Shown one piece after another: positions 50,151 through 59,320 of a stretch of 64,000 nt of DNA. The stretch spans positions 235-64,234 of the forward strand of contig MENI01000052.1 of NCBI GenBank assembly GCA_001768195.1. Direction: 5' to 3'. This DNA comes from Bacteroidetes bacterium GWA2_40_15 (lineage in GTDB: Bacteria > Bacteroidota > Bacteroidia > Bacteroidales > VadinHA17). Both the position numbers and the translations under genes were made by a program. Position 1 is the stretch's first letter; each line of letters starts with the position of its first letter. The notes beneath the pieces were generated by a model, which worked only from the letters and a program-made list of their open reading frames with translations, had not been told where the DNA came from and searched no databases.

Positions 50151-50241
50151 AATGCGGTGATAGGTACTCTGTAATCGGTTTTCGGAAAACAGTGATCGGT
50201 AAGTGTTCTGATAAACCATTGCGCCGTTGTGCCATTTATTT

Positions 50242-50298
50242 AACCCACCCCTAACCCCCCGACGCTATCGGTCGGGGCAGGCTCTCCCAGGAGGGGAA
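50242..50298. repeat. ACCCCTAACCC...GGAGGGGAA palindrome interrupted by a second hairpin
   Basis: aacccacccctaacc [ccccgacgctatcggtcggggcaggct] ctcccaggaggggaa. Confidence 0.6.
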
Positions 50299-50343
50299 CT
50301 GTAAACACCTGCCTTTGTGCCGGTGCTTCCCAACGTTTTTTCC

Positions 50344-51267
50344 CTATGCTGTTTTCCCTGTGAGAGTGAGGGCTTCATCAACCGGTTCGATGCGGCCTCT
50401 CAGTTGCGACATATATAAACCGGCCACAACAACTATCATCCCTATCAGGTTCTGAATAGTAAGTTTATCTCCAAGCAGAACAAAGGAGAATAATGCTGTA
50501 AAAAGAGGTATGCTGTTTGTGAAAACATTGGCCTTCAACAGACCAAGGTTCCTTACCGAGTATGCAAAAAGGATAAATGCCGCACATGAGGCAAACAGAG
50601 CAAGCTGCATTACAGGCAGAAACATCCTGAAGTTTAAAGTAAGCCCTGCGAAAGATTTTATTTCCATCGTAAGGAAGAGCGGAAGAAACAGGATCGCCCC
50701 GATAACATTCTGAACATTTACGATATATATCGGACTGTAATGATCAACAAGCCTGCTGAGGGTCAGGTTGTAACCTACTGCAGCAAAGACAGCCAGAAAT
50801 ATCAGGGCCAGCCCCTTGATATTATATGAGATGCTGCCATCTTTATTCATAATAAATACCAGCACACCTATAAAAGATAGTATAATACCCAGGTAGTTTA
50901 TGACTTTTAGTTTTTCTTTGAAGAATATCCAGGCTCCTATGGTGGCAAATACAGGAATTGTTGAGATCAGCACCGAGCAAACTGTTGCTGATACATAAGT
51001 AAGGCCATAACTTTCGCCAAGGAAATAGATAAAAGGTTCAAATAATGCCATCATCAGGAAGAGCTTGTAATCTTCCTTGCGGATCTTCACAAACCGTTTT
51101 GTGATTGTCAGGTAGGATGTCAGGAGAATCACTGCGAATACAAGCCTTAAAAAGACTATTGTAATTGGCCGGAAGTTTTCATTGGCCATCTTGAACCAGA
51201 TGAATGAAAAGGCCCAGAAGATCATAGCCAGTATGACAGCCCCGTAAACCCTGATTTTATTATTCAC
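50344..51267 (-). CDS. DMT/EamA family transporter
   Basis: About 10 TM helices; IFWAFSF, FLRL, FFKEKL and LLGDKLT motifs. Confidence 0.92.
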   Translation of the reverse strand: MNNKIRVYGAVILAMIFWAFSFIWFKMANENFRPITIVFLRLVFAVILLTSYLTITKRFVKIRKEDYKLFLMMALFEPFIYFLGESYGLTYVSATVCSVLISTIPVFATIGAWIFFKEKLKVINYLGIILSFIGVLVFIMNKDGSISYNIKGLALIFLAVFAAVGYNLTLSRLVDHYSPIYIVNVQNVIGAILFLPLFLTMEIKSFAGLTLNFRMFLPVMQLALFASCAAFILFAYSVRNLGLLKANVFTNSIPLFTALFSFVLLGDKLTIQNLIGMIVVVAGLYMSQLRGRIEPVDEALTLTGKTA

Positions 51268-51327
51268 TTTGATAGAAGCCTGTTGTCTGTTTAAGGCGCT
51301 GCGAATTTATCTAAAAAATGTTACAGA

Positions 51328-51358
51328 TTTGGTAGTGAATCATAAATTATTATATTTG
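51328..51358 (+). promoter_or_regulatory. Bacteroidota sigma-A promoter for the etf operon
   Basis: TTTG-N19-TATATTTG. Confidence 0.7.
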
Positions 51359-51438
51359 CCGCCGTTATGTTTTGGTTAATGGCAATTCTGACCATTAATC
51401 TGTTTATAGTAAGTAAAATAACTAATATCAGACTTTAA

Positions 51439-52188
51439 ATGAAAATTCTGGTTTGCATCAGTAATGTTCCCGATACAACTACAAAGATCAGATTTGCTCC
51501 GGGAAACACTTCAATTGACATTGCCGGTATCCAGTGGGTAATCAATCCGTGGGATGAGTTATCACTTACACGTGCCCTGGAACTTAAAGATGATGCTGCA
51601 AATGGAATAAAATCTGTAACTGTGGTACATGTAGGTCCTGCAGCTTCTGAACCAACCATTCGCAAGGCTCTTGCAATTGGGGCTGACGATGCTGTAAGAG
51701 TGAATGCCGAACCCCGGGATGCTTATTATACAGCAGCACAAATTGCCGAAGTGGTTAAAAAAGAACAGTTTGATATCATTTTATGTGGAATCGAGTCGAG
51801 CGACTACAACGGATCAATAGTAGGAGGAATGGTCGCTGAATTTCTGGGCGTGCCTTCAGTTTCATCTGTATCAGGCATTAAATTTGAGAATGGACAGCCT
51901 GTTATGACACGCGAGATTGACGGAGGAAAAGAGACTGTGACAGTTCCGGTTCCTTTTGTAGCCATCGTACAGAAAGGAATAGCAAAAGAACCAAGAATTG
52001 CAGCAATGAGAGGGATTATGATGGCTCGGTCAAAGCCTGTTAAGCTGGTCGAACCTGTTGCTGTTGAATCTCTTACACAGGTCCTGGAATATGAAAAACC
52101 TGCTCCGAGAGCTGCCTGTAAGTATATCGATTCTGAAAATCCGGCTCAGCTTATCGGACTTTTACAGAATGAAGCCAAGGTAATTTGA
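51439..52188 (+). CDS. etfB: Electron transfer flavoprotein beta subunit
   Basis: KILVCISNVPDT, INPWDE, ALAIGAD and REIDGG motifs. Confidence 0.96.
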   Translation: MKILVCISNVPDTTTKIRFAPGNTSIDIAGIQWVINPWDELSLTRALELKDDAANGIKSVTVVHVGPAASEPTIRKALAIGADDAVRVNAEPRDAYYTAAQIAEVVKKEQFDIILCGIESSDYNGSIVGGMVAEFLGVPSVSSVSGIKFENGQPVMTREIDGGKETVTVPVPFVAIVQKGIAKEPRIAAMRGIMMARSKPVKLVEPVAVESLTQVLEYEKPAPRAACKYIDSENPAQLIGLLQNEAKVI

Positions 52189-52218
52189 ATTTAGTAAGAA
52201 ACAGTTAATCAATACAAT

Positions 52219-53187
52219 ATGTCAGTATTAGTATATACAGAAAATTGGGACGGTAAATTCAAGAAACTGTCATTTGAACTCGTCTCTTATGCAGCCGGCG
52301 TTGCAAAAATGACCGGTAGTTCAGTAACTGCATTATCAGTTGGCAGGGTTGAAGATGCCGAACTTAAAAAGCTGGGAGATTACGGAGCAGCAAAGATCGT
52401 GAATGTGAACAATGATCAGCTCGCCGTGTTCGATAGCCAGGTTTATGCAGGAGTGTTAGCTGATATTAGTGCCGGGAAGGGATCAAAAATCATAATCCTG
52501 GCTAACAATAATACAGGCAAAGCAATTGCACCGCGTCTGTCGGTGAGGCTGAAGGCAGGAGTGGGTTCCGGTGTCAGCAGGCTTCCGCTTAATCTTAATC
52601 CTTTTACTGTTTATAAAAGGAGCTACTCAGGAAATGCATTTGCACACATGGAAATAAACTCAGATATTAAAATACTGACTCTTGCCCAGAACTCATTCGA
52701 CATTGCTTCAACTCCAAATACTGCAACAATTGAAAACACCTTTGTTACCATTGAAGCCTCGCAGGTGAAAACGGTTGTGAAGAATGTTGAAAAGCAGACC
52801 GGGAAGATGCTTTTAACCGATGCCGATATTGTTGTTTCAGGGGGACGCGGAATGAAATCTCCCGATAACTGGGGACCGATTGTTGAGCTGGCTGACCTGC
52901 TCGGAGGCGCAACAGCATGTTCACGACCTGTTTCCGATGAGGGATGGAGACCTCATACCGAACATACCGGGCAGACTGGCAAAATAATTGCCCCGAACCT
53001 TTACATCGCCGTTGGTATCTCCGGTGCAACGCAGCATCTCGCAGGAATAAGTTCCTCAAAATATATAGTAGCTATCAACACCGACAAGGACGCTCCGATT
53101 TTCGAAGCAGCACAGTATGGTATAGTTGGCGATGCACTCAAAGTGCTTCCAAAATTAGTGGAGGCAGTAAAAGAAATTAAGAAATAG
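52219..53187 (+). CDS. etfA: Electron transfer flavoprotein alpha subunit
   Basis: [25 protein letters not shown] and [11 protein letters not shown] motifs. Confidence 0.96.
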   Translation: MSVLVYTENWDGKFKKLSFELVSYAAGVAKMTGSSVTALSVGRVEDAELKKLGDYGAAKIVNVNNDQLAVFDSQVYAGVLADISAGKGSKIIILANNNTGKAIAPRLSVRLKAGVGSGVSRLPLNLNPFTVYKRSYSGNAFAHMEINSDIKILTLAQNSFDIASTPNTATIENTFVTIEASQVKTVVKNVEKQTGKMLLTDADIVVSGGRGMKSPDNWGPIVELADLLGGATACSRPVSDEGWRPHTEHTGQTGKIIAPNLYIAVGISGATQHLAGISSSKYIVAINTDKDAPIFEAAQYGIVGDALKVLPKLVEAVKEIKK

Positions 53188-53191
53188 TTAT

Positions 53192-53650
53192 TGCCACAAA
53201 GGCGCAAAGTCGCAAAGAATTGAAAGATGACACAACTTCTATCATCTGAAGAAGAAAGAATTGGGAAAGAAATAGTTAATGCATCATTTATTGTTCATAA
53301 AGCCTTGGGCCCCGGATTACTTGAGAAAGTATATGAGGTTTGCTTAAGTCATGAATTAAGAAAAGCAGGTCTAAATGTAGACAGACAAATTGATATTCCT
53401 ATCGTTTATGATGGGATAACATTTGAGGAAGGTCTGAGACTTGATCTGTTGGTTAAAAGTAAAGTAATAATTGAATTAAAGGCGGTTGATATCGTAAATC
53501 CTGTATGGGAGGCTCAGATTATAAGCCACCTTCATTTAACCGGGAAACGACTTGGATATTTGATAAATTTTAATGTACCACTTATAAAGGATGGAATACG
53601 CAGATATGTCAAAACATAATAAATCTTTGCGCCTTCGCGCCTTTGTGGCA
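53192..53650. mobile_element. Putative GxxExxY element: single nuclease-fold gene between 27-bp inverted repeats
   Basis: tgccacaaaggcgcaaagtcgcaaaga (53192-53218) vs reverse complement of 53624-53650, 25/27 identical; lies between etfA and the FadF-like gene. Confidence 0.75.
53227..53619 (+). CDS. GxxExxY protein (PD-(D/E)XK nuclease superfamily)
   Basis: [13 protein letters not shown] (GxxExxY), RLDLLV..VIIELK and LGYLINF motifs; 130 aa. Confidence 0.95.
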   Translation: MTQLLSSEEERIGKEIVNASFIVHKALGPGLLEKVYEVCLSHELRKAGLNVDRQIDIPIVYDGITFEEGLRLDLLVKSKVIIELKAVDIVNPVWEAQIISHLHLTGKRLGYLINFNVPLIKDGIRRYVKT

Positions 53651-53683
53651 TTAAAAAGGTAATCCCAAACGAATATTTACAGC

Positions 53684-55003
53684 ATGCTGAAACAAATCAT
53701 ATTTACAATTACACTGCTGATAACTATCGGCGTCTTTTCTTATACAATTGACAGACTCATAAGCTTTTTCAGATTCACCCGGCCTGCATTCCCGGTAAAA
53801 GATATTGGAAAAAGAATAATGGTCACCCTCGCAGTTGCCATGGGACAGACCAAGATATTCCGCAAGCCTGTTATCGGACTGGCTCATGCGCTGGTTTTCT
53901 GGGGTTTCTGTGTAATTCTATTCGGAAGCATAGAAATGGTTATCGACGGATTGACCGGTACTGAAAGAGTATTAAAGGTACTGGGGGCCATCTATAATTT
54001 CCTTATGGCAACAGGCGATATTTTCGCTCTCATCGTTGCAATTTCAATCATTATATTTCTTTCACGCCGCCTCTTCTTTCACATCAAAAGGTTCGAAGGG
54101 ATTGAAATGAAGAAAAGGTCGCATACCGATGCCAACATTTCTCTCTCTTTTATACTACTGTTGATGATATCTCTTATGACAATGAATATCGGATATGTTG
54201 GATATGAAAAACTCTCCGGTGGGGATATCGCAGGGATATACCCTGTTGCAACCGTACTGGTAACACTTTTTAAAGGAATGAATGCTGAAAGCCTCAAAAT
54301 CGTTTACGAATCTTCGTGGTGGACGCATATTCTTTTAATCTTTTTCTTTGCAAATTATCTTCCTTATTCAAAGCATTTTCATGTATTCATGTCGGTACCA
54401 AATGTATTTCTTTCGAGGCTCGATCCTCTGGGAAAGATTCCGAATATGGATAATGTGACCCGTGAGGTTAAGCTTATGCTTGATCCTGCAACTGCTTTTA
54501 CGGCAGCGCCCGAAGGAGTTCCGGTTGAAAGGTTTGGGGTAAAGGATGCTGAAGATGCCTCCTGGAAGAACTATTTCGATTCATTGTCTTGCACCGAATG
54601 TGGCCGATGTACCTCAGTATGCCCGGCAAACATTACAGGCAAGAAGCTGTCACCCAGGAAGATAATGATGGACCTGCGTGCCAGGATGAAAGAAAAAGGT
54701 CCGCTGATGGTTAAGAACGGGAGAGACTTCAGTGATAACAGGTCACTGCTGAGAGACTTCATTTCGGAGGAGGAGCTGTGGGCGTGTACAACATGTAATG
54801 CATGTGCTAAGGAATGTCCTATAAATATCAATCATCCGACATTAATAATTGATATGCGCAGATATCTTGTTATGGAAGAAGCTTCGGCTCCCGGAGAGCT
54901 GAAAGCAGTTTTTAATAACATTGAAAATAACGGTGCCCCATGGCAATACTCTGCTGAAGACAGGCTGAATTGGGCACGGGATCTGGAGATAATCATTAAA
55001 TAG
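53684..55003 (+). CDS. FadF-like membrane Fe-S oxidoreductase, N-terminal part (TM domain + 2x4Fe-4S)
   Basis: HALVFWGF, YLPYSKHFH, CTECGRCTSVCP and CTTCNACAKECP motifs. Confidence 0.9.
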   Translation: MLKQIIFTITLLITIGVFSYTIDRLISFFRFTRPAFPVKDIGKRIMVTLAVAMGQTKIFRKPVIGLAHALVFWGFCVILFGSIEMVIDGLTGTERVLKVLGAIYNFLMATGDIFALIVAISIIIFLSRRLFFHIKRFEGIEMKKRSHTDANISLSFILLLMISLMTMNIGYVGYEKLSGGDIAGIYPVATVLVTLFKGMNAESLKIVYESSWWTHILLIFFFANYLPYSKHFHVFMSVPNVFLSRLDPLGKIPNMDNVTREVKLMLDPATAFTAAPEGVPVERFGVKDAEDASWKNYFDSLSCTECGRCTSVCPANITGKKLSPRKIMMDLRARMKEKGPLMVKNGRDFSDNRSLLRDFISEEELWACTTCNACAKECPININHPTLIIDMRRYLVMEEASAPGELKAVFNNIENNGAPWQYSAEDRLNWARDLEIIIK

Positions 55004-55045
55004 TCTCTGTGGCTCTCTGTGCTTCTCTGTGGAACTCAGTGTAAC
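55004..55045. repeat. Solo GxxExxY-type right end (CTCTGTG variant)
   Basis: tctctgtgg ctctctgtg cttctctgtgg aactcagtgtaac. Confidence 0.65.
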
Positions 55046-55064
55046 AAAAAAGAATTAATAAATT

Positions 55065-55859
55065 ATGGAAACCCGGAAAATTGAAATACCTGTAATGGCC
55101 GACCTCTTTGCCAGGGGAGAGAAGCCTGAATACCTCTTCTGGGTAGGTTGTGCAGGAGCCTTTGACGACAGGTACAAAAAAGTTGTAAGGGCATTTGCAA
55201 AAATACTTACCCATCTTAATACCAGTTATGCAGTACTGGGTAAGGAAGAGACGTGCACCGGCGATCCGGCCAGAAGAGCAGGCAACGAGATGCTTTACCA
55301 GATGCAGGCCCTGCAGGTAATTGAAATTTTCAAAATGTATGAAGTCAGTAAGATAATAACCATCTGTCCTCATTGCTTCAATGTTTTTAAGAACGAATAT
55401 CCCGATCTGGGAGGCAACTATGAAGTCATAAATTATCTCCAGTTCCTGAACAGGAATATTGAGGAGGGAAAGCTTAAAACAGATCCGGAATCACTTGAGA
55501 ATATATCGGTAACATATCACGATCCCTGCTACCTGGGAAGGGCAAACGATATCTATGACGAACCTCGCAGCATCCTTAAGAAGCTTACAGGTAATCTTGT
55601 GGAAATGGATAGGAATAAAAGCTTTGCATTATGCTGTGGAGCCGGCGGAGCCCAGATGTTCAAGGAGGCTGAGAAAGGCGACAGGGAGATATTTATTGAA
55701 AGAACTGAAGATGCCCTTAAGACAGATGCGAAAGTTATTGCAACAGCATGTCCGTTCTGTATGACGATGCTTACCGACGGATTGAAATACAAAAACAGGG
55801 AAGAGGAGATAAAAAATCTTGATATTGCAGAACTTATTGCGCAATCACTTGAAATATAG
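55065..55859 (+). CDS. CCG-domain Fe-S protein (FadF/HdrD-like C-terminal part)
   Basis: FWVGC, CTGDPARRAG, CPHC, YHDPCYLGR, CCGAGG and ACPFC motifs. Confidence 0.92.
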   Translation: METRKIEIPVMADLFARGEKPEYLFWVGCAGAFDDRYKKVVRAFAKILTHLNTSYAVLGKEETCTGDPARRAGNEMLYQMQALQVIEIFKMYEVSKIITICPHCFNVFKNEYPDLGGNYEVINYLQFLNRNIEEGKLKTDPESLENISVTYHDPCYLGRANDIYDEPRSILKKLTGNLVEMDRNKSFALCCGAGGAQMFKEAEKGDREIFIERTEDALKTDAKVIATACPFCMTMLTDGLKYKNREEEIKNLDIAELIAQSLEI

Positions 55860-55886
55860 AATAATCCAAATAATTATCTGACAACA

Positions 55887-57665
55887 ATGGGAAACAGTAA
55901 ACTATTAAAAAGCGGTGAATTTCTTGTAAGTGAAATTGATTCCGGGAACGTATTCATTCCTGAGGAGTTCAATGAGGAACAGAGAATGATAGCACAGACA
56001 TGCAGTGACTTCCTTGAGGCTGAGGTCTACCCAAACCTTGAAAAGGTGGAAAAGAGCGACAGGGAGCTCATGAAGACGATCCTGAAGAAGTCAGGTGAAC
56101 TTGGATTAATGGGAGTATCAATACCTGAAGAATTTGGCGGATTCGGCCAGTCTTTTGTAACCCAGATGCTCGTTGCCGAAACTACCGGCGCAGGCTATTC
56201 ATTCTCAGTGGCTTACATGGCACACTGTGGCATTGGTACCATGCCAATAATGTATTACGGGAATAAATATCAGCGCGAGCATTATGTTACAAAGCTGGCT
56301 ACAGGTGAATTACTCGGAGCTTATTGTTTAACTGAACCGGGTGCAGGAAGTGATGCAAATTCGGGAAAAACAAATGCAAGGCTGAGCGAAGACAGCAAAC
56401 ATTATATCCTTAACGGACAGAAAATGTGGATCACCAATGCCGGATTTGCCGATACTCTTGTTGTATTCGCCAAAATTGACACCGACAGGGTACTCAGTGC
56501 ATTTATTGTTGAGAGCAGTTACCCGGGAGTTGTTATCGGACCGGATGAACACAAGATGGGAATAAAAGGATCCTCAACAGCACAGATTTATTTCAACGAT
56601 GTAAAGGTACCTGTCGAAAACCTTCTGGGCAAGAGGGGAGAAGGATTCAGGATCGCTCTCAGCATACTCCATATGGGACGTCTTAAGCTTGGAGCCAACG
56701 TTATTGGAGCGGCAAAAAAAGCAATAACCCAATCAGTAAATTATGCCAATGAGAGAAAACAGTTCGGTGTTCTTATTTCGACTTTCGGCGCCCTGAAACA
56801 TAAAATGGCTGAGCAGGTTATTCGTCTTTTTGCTTCTGAATCAGCAGTTTACAGGGTAAGTAATGATGTTGATACTCTTATGAAGAAAATGACTGTTGAT
56901 TGCGGTGATTACGGAAGAGCCATGATAGAGTCGATAAGCCATTATGCTGTTGAGGCAGCTATACTGAAGGTGGTTGGTTCGGAAATGCTCGATTTTGTTG
57001 CTGATGAGGCTGTTCAGATACACGGCGGTATGGGTTATTCAGCCGAAATGGCTGTTGAAAGAGGTTATCGCGACTCAAGGATTAACAGGATCTTTGAAGG
57101 AACAAATGAGATCAATCGTCTTCTTGTTGTTGATACGGCTATGAAGCGTGCCATGAAAGGCGAATTTGATCTTTTCGGAGAGGCTGAAAAACTCTGGTCT
57201 GATTTGAATAATATATCAAGTGGCAAAAAAGATGGTGAAAGCTACTTCGAACAAAAATACAGGTATATAAAGAACTTCAAAAAGGCGATTCTTATATGTA
57301 TTCACGGAGCTAACAAAACCTTCCAGAAAAACCTTGTGTACGAACAGGAGGTACTCAACAATTTAGCTGAAATGATGATGGAGACATATGTATCCGAATC
57401 TTTGGCTCTGAGAGTTGAAAAAATGGCTTCAATGAAGAGTGATATTTCACTTTATAAAGATATGCTTGATGTGAATATTTCTGAAACAGCAAGTGTTGTC
57501 AGGAAATCAGCGCTCGATGCAATATGCACTTTCTGCTCATCGGAATCATGTGAAGCACTTCATAACGCGATAGATAATCTTACAAAAGTCGGATGTGTAA
57601 ATGTTAAAGATGCAAGGAGAAGGATAGCTGATAAGCTTATAGCTGATAATTGTTATAAATTCTGA
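55887..57665 (+). CDS. Long-type acyl-CoA dehydrogenase (FadE-like)
   Basis: AYCLTEPGAGSDA, NGQKMWITN, EHKMGIKGSST, QIHGGMGY and RIFEGTNEI motifs. Confidence 0.95.
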   Translation: MGNSKLLKSGEFLVSEIDSGNVFIPEEFNEEQRMIAQTCSDFLEAEVYPNLEKVEKSDRELMKTILKKSGELGLMGVSIPEEFGGFGQSFVTQMLVAETTGAGYSFSVAYMAHCGIGTMPIMYYGNKYQREHYVTKLATGELLGAYCLTEPGAGSDANSGKTNARLSEDSKHYILNGQKMWITNAGFADTLVVFAKIDTDRVLSAFIVESSYPGVVIGPDEHKMGIKGSSTAQIYFNDVKVPVENLLGKRGEGFRIALSILHMGRLKLGANVIGAAKKAITQSVNYANERKQFGVLISTFGALKHKMAEQVIRLFASESAVYRVSNDVDTLMKKMTVDCGDYGRAMIESISHYAVEAAILKVVGSEMLDFVADEAVQIHGGMGYSAEMAVERGYRDSRINRIFEGTNEINRLLVVDTAMKRAMKGEFDLFGEAEKLWSDLNNISSGKKDGESYFEQKYRYIKNFKKAILICIHGANKTFQKNLVYEQEVLNNLAEMMMETYVSESLALRVEKMASMKSDISLYKDMLDVNISETASVVRKSALDAICTFCSSESCEALHNAIDNLTKVGCVNVKDARRRIADKLIADNCYKF

Positions 57666-57720
57666 TAATATTACTGAGAATTCAAATTTTTTAAAACATG
57701 AAAATGAAAGCTCGATTTGG

Positions 57721-57828
57721 GGACAGAAACCACCTGAATTCATGAGTACTCACCCATTTGACGAAACCCGCATCCGGAAGATAAAAGATGCTCTGCCTGA
57801 GGCACTTCCATATTACAATAAACAGTAA
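57721..57828 (+). pseudogene. C-terminal remnant of an M48 family metallopeptidase gene
   Basis: Translates GQKPPEFMSTHPFDETRIRKIKDALPEALPYYNKQ*, with the PEFxSTHP...RI signature and no upstream gene body. Confidence 0.8.
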
Positions 57829-57885
57829 TTTTCATTCAGGGGAACAATTCCTTTCTATTTATTGCAATTAATATCAATCCGTGTA

Positions 57886-57982
57886 TTGATATTTGTCAAT
57901 TTTGCCAATGTTAAAGAGCATAGCATAATTGAAAATTTAAATACCTGCAAAGTTTGATTGTCGGGATAATAAAATATATTTG
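57886..57982 (+). promoter_or_regulatory. Possible Fnr/Crp-type box and sigma-A promoter for the cytochrome cluster
   Basis: TTGAT-attt-GTCAA (57886-57899); TTTG (57953) and TATATTTG (57975-57982). Confidence 0.45.
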
Positions 57983-58009
57983 TGAATTATTTAACAATCC
58001 ATTTTAAAC

Positions 58010-58417
58010 GTGAAACAAATGGCAAAAATATCGAAGAATTTGTTGTTACTGATAAGCATTATTGCGGGTGTTATATATTTCTCATCATGTGAAAAATATA
58101 CATTCCGTGTGGAGGGTTTGCCACCTGTTGATACATCAGGTACTGATACGACCAACTATGTCTCTTACAGTGCAGAGGTTCAACCTATTTTCAATGCCAG
58201 TTGTGTATCCTGTCACAAAGGGGCGAGAAATCCTGACCTGAGACCGGAAAATTCCTATGCCTCTCTTACATCAGGAGGTTACGTGACTCAACCGGCTGCA
58301 GACAGCAAGTTATATAAACAGCTTAATGCCAGCAGCCATAAATCAATAACCACCCAGGCACAGAAGAATACAATCTATCTGTGGATCTCCCAGGGAGCAA
58401 AAAACAATAAAAAATAA
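58010..58417 (+). CDS. Monoheme cytochrome c lipoprotein (planctomycete-type cytochrome domain)
   Basis: Lipobox FSS-C; VSYSAEVQPIF..SCVSCH...WISQGA. Confidence 0.8.
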   Translation: MKQMAKISKNLLLLISIIAGVIYFSSCEKYTFRVEGLPPVDTSGTDTTNYVSYSAEVQPIFNASCVSCHKGARNPDLRPENSYASLTSGGYVTQPAADSKLYKQLNASSHKSITTQAQKNTIYLWISQGAKNNKK

Positions 58418-58441
58418 ATCAACCAGATAATACAAATAAAT

Positions 58442-59302
58442 ATGAAAAAGATCTTTATCATCCTGTCATTATCATTATTTCTGGCTCCTGTATTTGCTCA
58501 GGAGGAATCAGCAGGACCGGAACCTGTAACCGGTACTTTTAACACTGCCAGTTTGATTGATAACCATACTATTGCATCACCCTACAAGGGGGGGATTGAA
58601 ATGCAGATTCACCACAGATTCAGCCTTATTGAGAATATAAAAAATCTCTATGGGATCTATGGTGCAGCAAATACAAAGATAGGCCTGAATTACGGAATCA
58701 CCGACAGGTTAATGATCGGAGCAGGAACCACCAAAGATTATAAACTCCAGGATATTCAATGGAAATATGCTATTCTTCAGCAGAAAGCTGATAACAGCAT
58801 GCCTTTCTCCCTGTCATATTATGGCAATATGGTTATTGATGCAAGGGCTGATGAGAATTTTGGTCCTGAAGCCAGCTATAAATTTATTCACAGGATATCA
58901 TATTTTACACAACTTATCCTGGCAAGAAAATTCAGTGAGAAGTTCTCAATGCAGGTTGCTCCTTCTGCCATTTATTTCAACTCGGTACCTGAATATTCTG
59001 ACACAACCGGTTACAAAAACTTCAACCTTGGGTTGTCAGTTGGCGGCCGTTACAATGTGGCAGGCAACCATTCCCTGATGTTTGAATATGACCAGCTTCT
59101 TACAAAGCAGGATATGGCTGACGAAGATCACCCAAAACCGAATCTTTCACTAGGTTGGGAGATCAATACCGGAACTCACGCATTCCAGCTTTTTGTGGCA
59201 AACTATTCAAATATTATCAATCAGTATAACCTTTTGTATAATTCGAATGATTTTGCCGATGGCGAATTTCTGGTTGGTTTCAATATTACTGTAAGATTTT
59301 AA
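58442..59302 (+). CDS. DUF5777-like outer-membrane beta-barrel
   Basis: Signal peptide; IHHRF, YGITDRL, EINTGTHAFQL and terminal GFNITVRF. Confidence 0.82.
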   Translation: MKKIFIILSLSLFLAPVFAQEESAGPEPVTGTFNTASLIDNHTIASPYKGGIEMQIHHRFSLIENIKNLYGIYGAANTKIGLNYGITDRLMIGAGTTKDYKLQDIQWKYAILQQKADNSMPFSLSYYGNMVIDARADENFGPEASYKFIHRISYFTQLILARKFSEKFSMQVAPSAIYFNSVPEYSDTTGYKNFNLGLSVGGRYNVAGNHSLMFEYDQLLTKQDMADEDHPKPNLSLGWEINTGTHAFQLFVANYSNIINQYNLLYNSNDFADGEFLVGFNITVRF

Positions 59303-59320
59303 TTGAATAAGAATTCAGGG

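Noticed and set aside
55003-55065. Repeat insertion splitting a fadF gene into two ORFs
   Set aside because: Both ORFs have normal ends and starts, and to my knowledge the two-gene arrangement is common in Bacteroidota.
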